A stretch of 64,000 nt of DNA. Origin: Myxococcota bacterium (lineage in GTDB: Bacteria; Myxococcota_A; UBA796; UBA2385). The first letter of the stretch is position 1. Each line of letters starts with the position of its first letter. The notes beneath the pieces were generated by a model. That model saw nothing but the letters and a program-made list of their open reading frames with translations, was not told where the DNA came from and made no database searches. Location of the stretch: NCBI GenBank assembly GCA_044344255.1, contig JBIJDH010000010.1, positions 160,001 to 224,000 of the forward strand, read 5' to 3'. This document shows, in pieces, positions 35,798 through 45,863 of the stretch. A program made the translations under genes and the position numbers.

Positions 35798-37882
35798 TTA
35801 GTCCGGGTCGCAGACGCCGTCGCAGGGCATGGTGATGAAGCCGTCCGGCTGCAGGAAGTCGGCGGTCATCTGGATCGCGGCGGCGTTGCTGATGATGTTG
35901 CCGTGCCCGCCGTCGTCGGTCTCGGGCGGCTCGTTGCCCTCGGGCACGGCGCGGTCGCCGAGGTCCATGAAGACGAGGCCGCTGCCGTCGTAGGGCGCCG
36001 TGACGGTGTCGAAGCCCCAGGGGCTGCGGGCGGTGCCCTCGATGAGCGGCACCCCCATCGACCGCATGGCCAGATCGGTCGAGAGGTTCGGCACCTGGGC
36101 GTCGTTGACCACCGAGATGCTGAGGATCTTCTTCGGACCGATGTCATCGAAGCCCTCGGTCGTGTACGACATGTAGCCGACCGGGTCGGTCGACTCCCAG
36201 AGGTGCTTGGCCATGCTGAGCAGCAGGATCTGGTCGAGGCGGCGCGGGATCGCCGACTCGAAGATGGGGAGGAAGGGCACGTACTGCGTGCTCCGCTCCA
36301 TCATGAAGGGGAAGTCGGCGCCGTTGACGAGCACCACCCCGCGCTCCATGTCGGGGGAGAGGGTGAGCAGGGTGGTGCCGTAGATCCCCCCCTCCGAGCC
36401 GCCCACGTAGGTGAGGTTGGTGGGATCGACCACCGAGACACTGTCTACGGTCACCTCGGGGATGTTGGCGCAGACCCCCGCGAGGGTGCGGGTCATCGCG
36501 ATGTTGTTGATCATCCCCTGCTGGAGTCGCTCGGTGATGGTGGGGAAGTCCGAGGGGTTGAGCAGGGCGGCGGCCACGAAGGGCACGTCCTCGGCGGTCA
36601 TCCCGGCCCAGTTCGTGGTGATCCAGTTCGCGGGGTGGGCCTCGATGTGAGCGCGCAGCACCTCGCTCGACACATAGTCGCGACCAGTGCCGAAGAGCCC
36701 GTGCCCGAAGGTGATGAGCCCGCCGGCCTTCGGCCCACCCTCGGCGAGGGCGAGCGAGCGGGGGATCACCATCGTGAAGTCGACCTCGACGTCCTCCTTG
36801 TAGAGGGGCTCGCCGTCGGCGTCGCGGTGCATGCGGGTGGGCGGGGTCGGGCTCTCCATGTAGGAGGGCACCGTGACCGTGCCGATGATGCGCCGGTAGC
36901 TGGTGACGCTCGTGCCCTCGCCGTAGTTGTCCTCTACGGAGGTGACCGTGCAGCCGATGCCGCTCGGGCCGAGGCGGGCGAGGGCGTCTGCTCGCATGGC
37001 GAGGATGTCGTGGTGGATCGTCTCCTCGGAGGCGGTGTGGAACCACCAGGCGAGGGTGAGGCCGGCCCGCTCGACGCCTGCGGCCTCGAGGGCCTCGAAC
37101 ATGTCCTCGTAGCTGGGGCGCCGGCCCTCGAGCTCATCGGAGTCGGTGAGCTGGCCGTCGCGCAGGGCGGCGAAGGCCGGGGAGGCCTCGATCGCGGCGC
37201 CGTCGAGGTCAGTCAGGCCGCGGAAGGCCACGGCGTAGCGGTGGTTCGGCTCGAGGCGCCGCACGATGCGGAGGTAGACCATGGTCTCGTCCTCCGACGC
37301 CGCGTCGACGTCGAGCTCGAGCCAGTGCGGCAGGCGCTCCCCGGTGGTGAGGTCGAGCAGCACCACCGCGGCGTCGTCTTCGAGGGAGCGCTCGATCGTG
37401 GCGTGGCCTGCGATCCCCGAGAGGTCGGGCGGGCGGCTGAATGCGGTGAGGATCTGGGAGGCCGGGCTGAAGCCGTCGAGGCGCGCGTACGGCTCGAGGT
37501 CAAAGGGGGCCGAGCCCTCGGGGGAGGGCACGGTGTCGGCGTCGTACGCGAGGCGCCAGCCTGTCTCGGTGGTGGCGTCGGCCTGGAGCTGGCGGTCCGA
37601 CGGCCAGGGCAGGAGGCAGTGGACCGGCGCCAGGGCGTCACAGCCGGGGGCGCTGTCGATGTGCAGCCGCTCGACGCCGGTGTCGCCGCCGTCGGCCCCG
37701 TCTGCGCCGTCGCCGCCGTCTGCGCCCTCGGCCCCGACCGCCGTGGACTGCGGGTTCGAGGGCGCCTCGCCGCCGCCGCAGCCGCCGAGGGCCAGCGGGA
37801 GGAGCAGCACGAGGGCGGGAGCGAGGGCGCGGCCCGGAGCGGAGCCAGGGCCGGCGAGGGACGGGCGGAGGGTGGTGCGCAT
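35798..37882 (-). CDS. Large lipoprotein with alpha/beta-hydrolase-like C-terminal domain
   Basis: ALGGC lipobox; CLLPWPSD, DGFSP, FGHGLFG, GGSEGG (GxSxG), DAQVPN. Confidence 0.75.
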   Translation of the reverse strand: MRTTLRPSLAGPGSAPGRALAPALVLLLPLALGGCGGGEAPSNPQSTAVGAEGADGGDGADGADGGDTGVERLHIDSAPGCDALAPVHCLLPWPSDRQLQADATTETGWRLAYDADTVPSPEGSAPFDLEPYARLDGFSPASQILTAFSRPPDLSGIAGHATIERSLEDDAAVVLLDLTTGERLPHWLELDVDAASEDETMVYLRIVRRLEPNHRYAVAFRGLTDLDGAAIEASPAFAALRDGQLTDSDELEGRRPSYEDMFEALEAAGVERAGLTLAWWFHTASEETIHHDILAMRADALARLGPSGIGCTVTSVEDNYGEGTSVTSYRRIIGTVTVPSYMESPTPPTRMHRDADGEPLYKEDVEVDFTMVIPRSLALAEGGPKAGGLITFGHGLFGTGRDYVSSEVLRAHIEAHPANWITTNWAGMTAEDVPFVAAALLNPSDFPTITERLQQGMINNIAMTRTLAGVCANIPEVTVDSVSVVDPTNLTYVGGSEGGIYGTTLLTLSPDMERGVVLVNGADFPFMMERSTQYVPFLPIFESAIPRRLDQILLLSMAKHLWESTDPVGYMSYTTEGFDDIGPKKILSISVVNDAQVPNLSTDLAMRSMGVPLIEGTARSPWGFDTVTAPYDGSGLVFMDLGDRAVPEGNEPPETDDGGHGNIISNAAAIQMTADFLQPDGFITMPCDGVCDPD

Positions 37883-37890
37883 GCCGCCCC

Positions 37891-38958
37891 CTATTCGACT
37901 CCCGCGATCTCCGTGAAGGCCCGGCCCGTGATCGCGGCCTCCTCTCCTCTCGCGCCCACGACCGTGCCATGCACGTCGCAGGAGCCCTCCCACCAGACGG
38001 GGAAGCTCTGAACGAGGGCGTCGGTGTCCTTCCGTTGGTCGAGCACGAGCGGCTCCACGCGCAGATCGAGCCCCCAGTCGGGGATCCGGACCCGCGAGCG
38101 TGGGTGATAGACGAGGCCCGGGCCGGCGACCCACGGCGGATCCACGTCGATGATGTGGACCTCGGCGGCGTCGTCGCGGTGTCGGCCGTCCGCGAAGACC
38201 CGCGCCGCGTACTGCTGAAGGGGGCGCCCGGCGTCGTCGCTGAAGCGGTAACAGAGGAGGTCGGTGCCGTCGGAGAGCCACATCGGCAGCACCTTCCAGC
38301 GGTACCGCTCGAGGCGCGGGGCCCCCCACTGGTGGTCGAGCCAGCCGCGGCCGCGCACCCGCCGGGGCACACCGTCTACCTGAACAGTCCCCTCGGTGTC
38401 GAGGCGGGTCCAGGAGTACCAGGCCATCTCTTCGCGGTGGGCGTAGTCCATTACGCCGTCCTGGCCGAATTTTACGGCGGGGCGGGTGGCCTGGAGGTCG
38501 AGGTCGATGCCGCGCCCCTCCGCCGCCGCCCGCACCTGAAAGGCGCCGCCCGCCCCGCGCAGCAGCCAGTCGCCGCCGCCCCCGAGCCCGGGGCGCACGC
38601 GAAAAGAGAAGCCGCCGCTCGAGGCCACCACCGGGCTCGCCGGCGGGAAGACCTTCCGCTCCACCGCCGTGTATCGCTCGGTTCCCCCGTCGAGGAGGGC
38701 GAAGACGCTCGACCAGCCGGCCGAGCCGCCGGTCAGCGGGTTGCCGAGGCGGGCCACCGTGAGCTCGAAGCCGAAGCGCACCGGCGGCCCGGCGTCCACC
38801 GTGTCGACCTGGCCGATCAGGTACCACCACTCGAGCGGGAAGGCGTGCACGCCCTCATCGGCGGGGAGGCGCACCGGACGCAGGGGCTGGTGGGCCGGGC
38901 TCCGCTCCCAGAGCGCGTGCTGGGCGTCATAGAAGAGGCGGCGGCGGGCGCGGTTCAT
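37891..38958 (-). CDS. AttH/CrtC-like lipocalin-domain protein
   Basis: EWWY, YSWTRL, GWLDHQWG, WWEG motifs. Confidence 0.8.
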   Translation of the reverse strand: MNRARRRLFYDAQHALWERSPAHQPLRPVRLPADEGVHAFPLEWWYLIGQVDTVDAGPPVRFGFELTVARLGNPLTGGSAGWSSVFALLDGGTERYTAVERKVFPPASPVVASSGGFSFRVRPGLGGGGDWLLRGAGGAFQVRAAAEGRGIDLDLQATRPAVKFGQDGVMDYAHREEMAWYSWTRLDTEGTVQVDGVPRRVRGRGWLDHQWGAPRLERYRWKVLPMWLSDGTDLLCYRFSDDAGRPLQQYAARVFADGRHRDDAAEVHIIDVDPPWVAGPGLVYHPRSRVRIPDWGLDLRVEPLVLDQRKDTDALVQSFPVWWEGSCDVHGTVVGARGEEAAITGRAFTEIAGVE

Positions 38959-39096
38959 GAGGGCCCCGTAGAGCCCTCAGGGCATACCCCTGGTCGAGGC
39001 CCGGTGCCACGTGGCCCCTCTCGGCGGGACGCCGGCTCCCAGGGCCCTGCGCGAGATCAGGTGGAAGCGCGGCGCCCGAGGGACTACCCTCTGCCG

Positions 39097-39939
39097 ATGA
39101 GCACCACCGTCCCCGTCCCGCCCCTCGGCACGCGCTTCCAGCTCGGGCCGGAGATCACCCCCGAGCAGCGCGCCTTCTTTGACCAGCACGGCTACCTGCA
39201 CTTCTCCGGCGTGGCCTCCCGCGCCGAGCTCGACGCCCTCATCGGCGAGCTCGACCGCATCGAGGCCGAGTGGACCCAGGCCGGGCGCCGCTGGGTGAAC
39301 GGGATCCCGCTCTTCATCGGGCGGATCGCCGGCCGGCCCTTCATCCACCGCTTCACCTTCACGAGCATGTTCTCCGACATCTTCAAGCGCTTCGTGCTCG
39401 ACCCCCGCTTCGAGCCCATCCGCCGCATGGTGGGCGAGCAGGCGCGGGTGGGGCACGACGAGAAGGACGGCGTCGTGGTCAATCGGTACGTTCACGCGCC
39501 GGGCAGCGTCTATCACAAGCTCGGCTGGCACACCGACGGCCTGCGGGACCTCTTCTACGGCCGCATGCCGCAGCAGATGTTCAACGTCGGCCTGCACTTT
39601 GACCGTGTGTCCGCGGCCGACGGCGGTCTGCGCCTCATCCCCGGCACCCACCGCCAGGGCTTCTGGGCGATGGCCCTGTCCAAGCCCTATTTCTTCTATC
39701 ATCGGGCAGACCCCGCCGAGATCACCGTCGAGACAGAGCCCGGTGACCTCACCGTCCACGACGGCCGCCTCTGGCACCGGGTCGGCCTGTCCAACAAGAC
39801 AGGGATGGCCAGCCTCCGCCGCTCCATGTACGTGCCCTATCAGACGGGCCCCCACGAGCCCAAGCACGAGGGCAGCCCCACGCCCTTCTATCACCACATC
39901 GGCCGGCTCTCGCGCTGGCTGCGCAGCCGCCTCGGCTGA
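39097..39939 (+). CDS. Phytanoyl-CoA dioxygenase family Fe(II)/2OG enzyme
   Basis: WHTD, GGLRLIPGTH, PGDLTVHDGRLWH. Confidence 0.88.
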   Translation: MSTTVPVPPLGTRFQLGPEITPEQRAFFDQHGYLHFSGVASRAELDALIGELDRIEAEWTQAGRRWVNGIPLFIGRIAGRPFIHRFTFTSMFSDIFKRFVLDPRFEPIRRMVGEQARVGHDEKDGVVVNRYVHAPGSVYHKLGWHTDGLRDLFYGRMPQQMFNVGLHFDRVSAADGGLRLIPGTHRQGFWAMALSKPYFFYHRADPAEITVETEPGDLTVHDGRLWHRVGLSNKTGMASLRRSMYVPYQTGPHEPKHEGSPTPFYHHIGRLSRWLRSRLG

Positions 39940-39962
39940 GCCGCGTGGTAGGCTCACCGCCC

Positions 39963-40943
39963 ATGCACCGCCCCACCCTCGCCTCCGCCCCGCGCCCCGC
40001 CTCCCGCCGCCCCCGCGGCCTGCTGTGCGCCCTCGGCGGCCTTACTCTGGTGGGCTGCATCGACTACGACGTCGACCGCCGGAAGACAAGCGACACCTGG
40101 CCCCAGCCCTCCCAGGAAGGCGGCGTGGACGTGCTCTGGGTGGTGGACGACTCCCAGTCGATGTTCGAAGAGCAGGCCCAGCTCGCCCTCCACGCCGCCG
40201 CCTTCACGAGCTTCCTCTCCAACGTGGCGGTCGACTTCCAGCTTGGGGTCACCACCACCAACACGAGCGAGGGGGCCGGCGCGCTGATGGGCCCCCTGCT
40301 CAGCCAGGAGACCGCCGGCCTCACCCAGGCCTTCGCCGAGGCGGTCGAGAACGAGGCCGAGGGCGACCGCGAGGAGCAGGGCTTCACCGCCGCGCTCGCC
40401 GCCCTGGACAGCGGCGAGTTCGGCCGCCCCGAGGCTGACCTCGAGGTGGTCTTCTTCAGCGACGAGGACGACCAGTCTGGCATGAGCCCCGAGGACTTCG
40501 TCGCCGCCCTCCACGACCGCCGCCCGAGCGCCAGCATCGTGGTCAACGCGATCGTGGGCGACCTGCCCGAGGGCTGCGCCTCCTACTCCGCCGCGGCAGA
40601 CCCTGGCGCCGCCTACGTCGAGGCCCAGCTCGCCACCGACGGACTGCGCGACTCCATCTGCGCGGCTGACTACGACGCCATGCTCGAGCGCCTCGCCACG
40701 CAGGTGCTGGGTCTCCAGACCACCTTCGCCCTCACCGCCGTGCCCGACGTGGACTCCATGGAGGTCTACGCCGACACCGCCCTCATCCACCCGCGGGCCC
40801 GCCACGGCTGGCGGTACGATCCGGGCTTGAACGCGGTGATCTTTGACGGGTACGCCGTCCCTCCCCCGGGGGCCCGCGTCGAGGCGCGCTACTACGAGTG
40901 GCAGGGCAACGAGCCCCCCGACGCAGAGGCGGCCACGGAGTAG
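39963..40943 (+). CDS. vWA-like lipoprotein
   Basis: LVGC lipobox; DVLWVVDDSQSM (MIDAS), FFSDEDDQS. Confidence 0.75.
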   Translation: MHRPTLASAPRPASRRPRGLLCALGGLTLVGCIDYDVDRRKTSDTWPQPSQEGGVDVLWVVDDSQSMFEEQAQLALHAAAFTSFLSNVAVDFQLGVTTTNTSEGAGALMGPLLSQETAGLTQAFAEAVENEAEGDREEQGFTAALAALDSGEFGRPEADLEVVFFSDEDDQSGMSPEDFVAALHDRRPSASIVVNAIVGDLPEGCASYSAAADPGAAYVEAQLATDGLRDSICAADYDAMLERLATQVLGLQTTFALTAVPDVDSMEVYADTALIHPRARHGWRYDPGLNAVIFDGYAVPPPGARVEARYYEWQGNEPPDAEAATE

Positions 40944-40982
40944 CCGGGGCAGGCGGTTGGCCGCCTCGGCGGCCGGCGGCGT

Positions 40983-42398
40983 TCAGTGCGCCTCCTCGAC
41001 GCTCGGGCACTCGGAGTTGGGGCCGCTCTTCGAGCCCACGTTCGGCTCGTCCACGATCGCGACCGCGCGGCCCTCGTACCAGGCGAGGACAGCTTGTTGG
41101 AAGGTCCACGCGGTGCCGGACGCATCTCGGACGCTGCCGACGGCCCACCAGCTCGTCGACTCGAGCGCCACGTGTTGGGCGCAGTTGGGCCCGTACGCCC
41201 CCGGCACAACCACGATGTCCCCGCCTTCGACGGCCGTGGTACGGAGGGTCGCGAGCGAGTCGAGCAGGCCCATCGTCGCCTCCTCGAAGTCGTCCTCGGG
41301 GAGGCCGATCGTCTCCGCCGCGCCCCCGACGTCCCGAAGGTCCTGGCGCACGAAGAACGGCGTCGTGATGTGGTTCATCATGACGTAGTCGGAGTCGTAG
41401 CAGCGCTCCTCGTCCGCCGTCCCGCCGAGGTGGTCCCAGCACGTCTTGTCCATGAACGGCCGGGTGTCGTCCGTCTGCTGGGACTGGTCCCAGCCCGCGG
41501 CCTTGTAGGCGTCGAGCGCCGAGGCGTACGGCTCCGGCAAGCGCTCCGACAGGGGGATGTGCGCGGCGTCGAAGATGGCCACCACCTCCGTGCCCGTCGT
41601 TGCGAGCCTGTCCCGCACGTAGTCGGCGTTCGCCCTGGCGCCAGCGGAGCCGCCGGACGTGCCGTTGAACACCACCAGGCCGGCTTTGTCGAGCGCGGGC
41701 AGCACCTCGCCGTCGTCCGCGACCAGCCCGTCAGCGAGCTCGTCGAGCCCGGACGCGAGGATGGTGTGGCCCCGCCGGAAGAGGGTGTAGTCGGGGAGCT
41801 CGACGGGGAGCTCCACCGGCAGCTCGGCGGGGATCTCGAGTCCGTCCGGATCGTACGCCGCGCTGCCCTCGCCACGCCACGCATCGGACGAGCAGTAGTA
41901 GAAGAACACCTGGTTGGCGCCGCCGAGGAGGTTGCGCGGGTCCTCGTCGTAGATCCCGAAGCCCGCGATGTTCAGCGGGAGGTTCTGCGCCGACATCTTC
42001 GAGGAGTCGTAGTAGTCCAACCCGCACCAGCGGATGGCACAGGAGGCGTAGCTGCCACAGCCCCCGCCCCCCTGGAGGTGGATCGACCAGGTGTCCGCCA
42101 ACGCCGGGTCGGTGAAGCCGCGGACGTACATCACGGCGCGCGTGCCGTCGTTGCACACCGCCTCGGGGTCGCGCAGGGTGTACCGCTGGAGCTCGTCGCC
42201 GCTCCCAAGCTGGTTCGGGTACTCCTCCGGGGCGCGGTAGTGGCCCAGGCAATCCGAGAGGGCGTTGGCCACGTTGTCCTCGGGGACGTCGATCGGCGTT
42301 GCGTCCGCGACGGTGTCGGTGTCGGCGACGGTGTCCGCGACGGGGCGCTCCGCCCCGCAACCCAGGAAGAGGAGGGAGGAGAGCAGGGCGCCGGTCAT
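40983..42398 (-). CDS. Pectin acetylesterase-family hydrolase lipoprotein
   Basis: AVCNDGT, LQGGGGC, YCSSDAW.G, GTSGG; ATGA overlap with the glycosyltransferase stop. Confidence 0.8.
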   Translation of the reverse strand: MTGALLSSLLFLGCGAERPVADTVADTDTVADATPIDVPEDNVANALSDCLGHYRAPEEYPNQLGSGDELQRYTLRDPEAVCNDGTRAVMYVRGFTDPALADTWSIHLQGGGGCGSYASCAIRWCGLDYYDSSKMSAQNLPLNIAGFGIYDEDPRNLLGGANQVFFYYCSSDAWRGEGSAAYDPDGLEIPAELPVELPVELPDYTLFRRGHTILASGLDELADGLVADDGEVLPALDKAGLVVFNGTSGGSAGARANADYVRDRLATTGTEVVAIFDAAHIPLSERLPEPYASALDAYKAAGWDQSQQTDDTRPFMDKTCWDHLGGTADEERCYDSDYVMMNHITTPFFVRQDLRDVGGAAETIGLPEDDFEEATMGLLDSLATLRTTAVEGGDIVVVPGAYGPNCAQHVALESTSWWAVGSVRDASGTAWTFQQAVLAWYEGRAVAIVDEPNVGSKSGPNSECPSVEEAH

Positions 42399-43642
42399 GC
42401 GCGAGCCTGTGGGAGGAGGTCCTCGAGCGCGGTGGCGGCCGCCGGTGCCCCGCCGGACGCGGCGAACGCCCTCGCCACCCGCTCCGCGCCCGGGCGCATC
42501 GACCGCGTGCGCCGCACGGCCGCGCGCAGCGCCTCGACCCCGAGCCGGCCCCGCGGCACCGCGACGCCCGCTCCGGCCAGCTCGACGTGTCTCCCTACGT
42601 CCAGCTGATCGCGCCCCCAGGGCACCACACACACCGGCACGCCAGCCGCCAGCGCCTTCTGGGTGATCCCCATCCCCCCGTGACAGATGACCGCCGAGGC
42701 GCGACGCAGGAGCGGGCCGTGCGGCATGTACCGGAGCACCGTCGCGTTGGCGGGCGCGCGGAAGGAGGCGGGGTCGAGCGCCGCCGTCGTCGCGACGACG
42801 TCCACGTCCTCGCCTTCGAGCGCGGCGAGCGCCGCCTCGATCAGCGCGCCGTCGTCCTGGAACTCGGTCGAGCAGGTGACGAGCACCAGGGGGCGGGGGT
42901 GCGCGGCGGGCTCCGCGGCGGCCCCCCCCTCGCCCACGGCGGCGCCGGGCGGCTCCCAGATGCCCGGCCCGACGAGCCGCACGTTCTCCGGCCACCCGCC
43001 GTGTGCGTACTCGAAGGGCTCCGCGGTGTAGGCGATCACCCGGTTCGCCCGAGAGGTGAGGCGGTCGAGGCTCGCCAGCGCCGGGAGCCCGAGGCCAGCC
43101 CGCAGGGTGTTGAGCCGATCCAGGTACCGCCGCGTCGCCCAAGCACCCGCCGCCCGCACGAGGGCGTCCCGGACGCGGCCGAAGAACCCCCGCGCGGGCG
43201 CCAATCCCAGCCCGAACGGAGGCCGGCCCTCAGCCCGAACGTTCAGGAAATAGGGGGAGAACACCGCGAACGGCAGCCCGGAGGCCTCGGCGGCGGCCAA
43301 GGCTCCCCAGGCGTTGACGTCCACATACAGGACGTCGGGCTGGACCGCTTGGATCGCCGCCCGCAGGTCGGGGACCTCGTGCGCCGCGCGCGCCAGCCAC
43401 GCGGTGAAGGCCAGGCCCACCGCCTGGAGCGGGGTCCTCGCCTTCCAGTCGTCCAGCGCGACACCCTCGACGGCCGGCGCCATCGGCGACGCCCCCAGCC
43501 CCATGCGCTCCAGCTCGGCGACCTCCCCGGCGAGGGTGCGCACGTGCACGCGGTGACCGCGCGCCGCCAGCTCGAGCAGCGTGGGCACCAGGGGGTAGAG
43601 GTGGCCGCGGGCGGGGGACGTGTAGACGAGGACGGTGGACAT
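42395..43642 (-). CDS. GT1 (MGT/UDP) glycosyltransferase
   Basis: GHLYP; HGGMG...GVP...P...DQ signature. Confidence 0.9.
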   Translation of the reverse strand: MSTVLVYTSPARGHLYPLVPTLLELAARGHRVHVRTLAGEVAELERMGLGASPMAPAVEGVALDDWKARTPLQAVGLAFTAWLARAAHEVPDLRAAIQAVQPDVLYVDVNAWGALAAAEASGLPFAVFSPYFLNVRAEGRPPFGLGLAPARGFFGRVRDALVRAAGAWATRRYLDRLNTLRAGLGLPALASLDRLTSRANRVIAYTAEPFEYAHGGWPENVRLVGPGIWEPPGAAVGEGGAAAEPAAHPRPLVLVTCSTEFQDDGALIEAALAALEGEDVDVVATTAALDPASFRAPANATVLRYMPHGPLLRRASAVICHGGMGITQKALAAGVPVCVVPWGRDQLDVGRHVELAGAGVAVPRGRLGVEALRAAVRRTRSMRPGAERVARAFAASGGAPAAATALEDLLPQARA

Positions 43643-43688
43643 CGTGTGCTCCGGTCGGCGAGAGGGGTAGGGACGGGCTTCGCGGGGC

Positions 43689-44273
43689 CTAGGGAGAGAC
43701 CAGGAGTCGCCGGAGCATGTCGGCGATCGTGGCCTCGGCGTCTGCGCGAGGGAGGCCGAGGTCGCGGTGGAGGAGCTTCCAGACGTACACGTCGGTGACG
43801 ACGACGGCCTGCACGATGCGCCGCTCCCGCTCGGGCGGGTCCAGCGTCTCCAGGAACGGGGCGAACACGCGCTCCACCCACGCCCGGTGGACGGCGCGCC
43901 CCTCGTGCGCCGCCGCGGCCCCCGCGGCGCTCGTCCCCTCGATCGCGAGCAGGCGCAGGGCGACGTCGGCCGCCTCGGCGTAATGTTCGCCGAGATTGGC
44001 CACCGCAGCGACGATGTCGCCGACCGGGGCGTGCGCCCGCTGGTCCACGATGCGCTTCCGGTAGTCGTCGAAGGCGGCCGACAGCAACCCCTCCTTCGAT
44101 CCGAAGCGGCGCAAGACCGTCTGTACGGCGACCTCGGCCCGCTGGGCGACAGCCTCGAGGGTCGGAGCGTCCCCGTTCTCCAGGAACAAGTAGGCTGTCG
44201 CCTCGATGATCCGAGCGGCCGTGTTGGCGGCCGCCACGGCGCGGCGGTTCTGGACGTAGGGGCGCGTTTTCAT
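43689..44273 (-). CDS. TetR-family transcriptional regulator
   Basis: TLEAVAQRAEVAVQTVLRRFGSKEGL HTH. Confidence 0.9.
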   Translation of the reverse strand: MKTRPYVQNRRAVAAANTAARIIEATAYLFLENGDAPTLEAVAQRAEVAVQTVLRRFGSKEGLLSAAFDDYRKRIVDQRAHAPVGDIVAAVANLGEHYAEAADVALRLLAIEGTSAAGAAAAHEGRAVHRAWVERVFAPFLETLDPPERERRIVQAVVVTDVYVWKLLHRDLGLPRADAEATIADMLRRLLVSP

Positions 44274-44310
44274 GTTTATTATAGTTACACGAAATGATGT
44301 TCGCGTCAAC
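44268..44310 (-). promoter_or_regulatory. TetR promoter with overlapping palindromic operator
   Basis: Minus strand TTGACG...TATAAT-aaac-ATG; inverted repeat TTTCATGT-N11-ACACGAAA (44268-44294) spans the start codon. Confidence 0.55.
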
Positions 44311-44492
44311 GGCGTTCACACGAAAATCCGCGCCCCCGGGCTGGACGACGTGCCGCTCACCGGCGAGGCCCGCGGCGAGCACGGCGGGATCGGGCGGCAG
44401 AGGGTGGGGATGGGGGAGGGACCGAGCGCGTCATCCCGCCCTCAAACTTCGGGCACGCTCCGGCCTGCGCCGAGGCGGCCGAGGCGTACCGC

Positions 44493-45746
44493 TCAGCCCG
44501 ACGGCGCCCGCCCGGGAGGCGCGTGCTCGCCGCCCGGCTCCATCGACGCGTAGATCCCGCGCTGCGCCGCCCTGCCGGTCCGGGCCAACCAGGCCTCCCC
44601 GCCGGGGACGTGGCGTGCCACCTGGTGGGTGATGTGACGCGGCGGCGCCGTCACGATCGGGTACCAGGGAAGCACGCCGCCGGGGAGCCCGAGCTCCCGC
44701 ATGCCCTCTGCCCCCACGAACAGCCGGACCACGCTCAGATGGAGCTGGTGGTTCCACCGCCGTCGCAGCCCCGGGAGGGAAGCGTAGCGCCGCTGCAGGG
44801 GCTCGGTGGACAGCGCGCGGCCAAGCTGCTGGGAGCTCGGATCGGCCAGCGGCTGGCTCAGCAGGTTGTGGTACAGCGCCACGCGCCCGTCCCGCTCACT
44901 GTCGACGAGCAGGGCCTCATCGACGCCCATCAGCCAGCCGATGGTGCGCCAGAGCGCCATGACGTCGGCGGCCTCGGCGGCGCCCACCGGCACGCCGAGC
45001 CAGCGCTGCCCCATCAAGAAGAGCACGGAAAAGGCGAGGTAGGTGGCCTGCATGTCGAGCTGGTTGACCGGTGTGCCGAGGTAGGCCGCGTCCCAGTCCG
45101 GGTCACTCCCCACCTGGCGCCGCACGAGGGCGTGGATGAGCCGCACCCGCAGGGTCGCGACGTAGCCGGGGGACCCGCGCTCGAGGCCGCCCGGCTCAGT
45201 GCAGGCCAGCCACCAAGCGGTCGTGCGGCTCAGGCGTCGCGCCGCCGAGCCCTCGAGCGCGCCGGTGCGGATCAAGGTCTGGTTGATCGCGCTCGCCCGG
45301 TAGCCGGCCATCAGCCCGAGGTCACGCAGGGCATAGCTGCCGGCCGCGCCCGCGCGCGCGGTGACCTGAGCGGCGCGGGCCATCGCGGCGCGATCGACCC
45401 AGGGCGGCGGCCGCTCGGCCACGGCCAACAGTCGCCGAAGCGGCGAGTCGGCGCCCAGGCTGGCGCTGCCGGCCCGGACGCCCTGCTCGAACATCCCCCA
45501 GGCCCGCGGCGCCCCGACCGCCTCCATCCAGCTCACCGCCGCGTCGGCGAGGGGGTCGCCGTGGAGGAGGGTCTGGCCGAGGCGAGCCCAGGCCTCCTCG
45601 GACGGGGCCGCCTCCGCAGGGCTGCAGACGCCCCAGAGCAGCGGGGCGGCCCGGGCCCGGGCCCGGGCGAGATGGACACCATGGCGGCCCGGGGCGGCGC
45701 GGCCCTGCACCGCCTCCGCGCCGGGGACAAAAGGTTGGGGGGGCAT
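44493..45746 (-). CDS. MpaB/DUF2236 (Lcp-like) oxygenase family protein
   Basis: GDPLAD, PPWVD, L.RTG.L...RRL..T, VRLIHALVR, G.PVNQ.DM, W..IG.LMGV. Confidence 0.85.
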   Translation of the reverse strand: MPPQPFVPGAEAVQGRAAPGRHGVHLARARARAAPLLWGVCSPAEAAPSEEAWARLGQTLLHGDPLADAAVSWMEAVGAPRAWGMFEQGVRAGSASLGADSPLRRLLAVAERPPPWVDRAAMARAAQVTARAGAAGSYALRDLGLMAGYRASAINQTLIRTGALEGSAARRLSRTTAWWLACTEPGGLERGSPGYVATLRVRLIHALVRRQVGSDPDWDAAYLGTPVNQLDMQATYLAFSVLFLMGQRWLGVPVGAAEAADVMALWRTIGWLMGVDEALLVDSERDGRVALYHNLLSQPLADPSSQQLGRALSTEPLQRRYASLPGLRRRWNHQLHLSVVRLFVGAEGMRELGLPGGVLPWYPIVTAPPRHITHQVARHVPGGEAWLARTGRAAQRGIYASMEPGGEHAPPGRAPSG

Positions 45747-45863
45747 AGGCGGTCTCCCGATGCTCCCACCCCGCCTAACCAGCGGCGCCGCATGAGCAGG
45801 CACCGCGCGGCCCAGCGGCCACCCGGACCTCGACAGGGCCCCGGGACCCGCTAAGCGGCGCCC

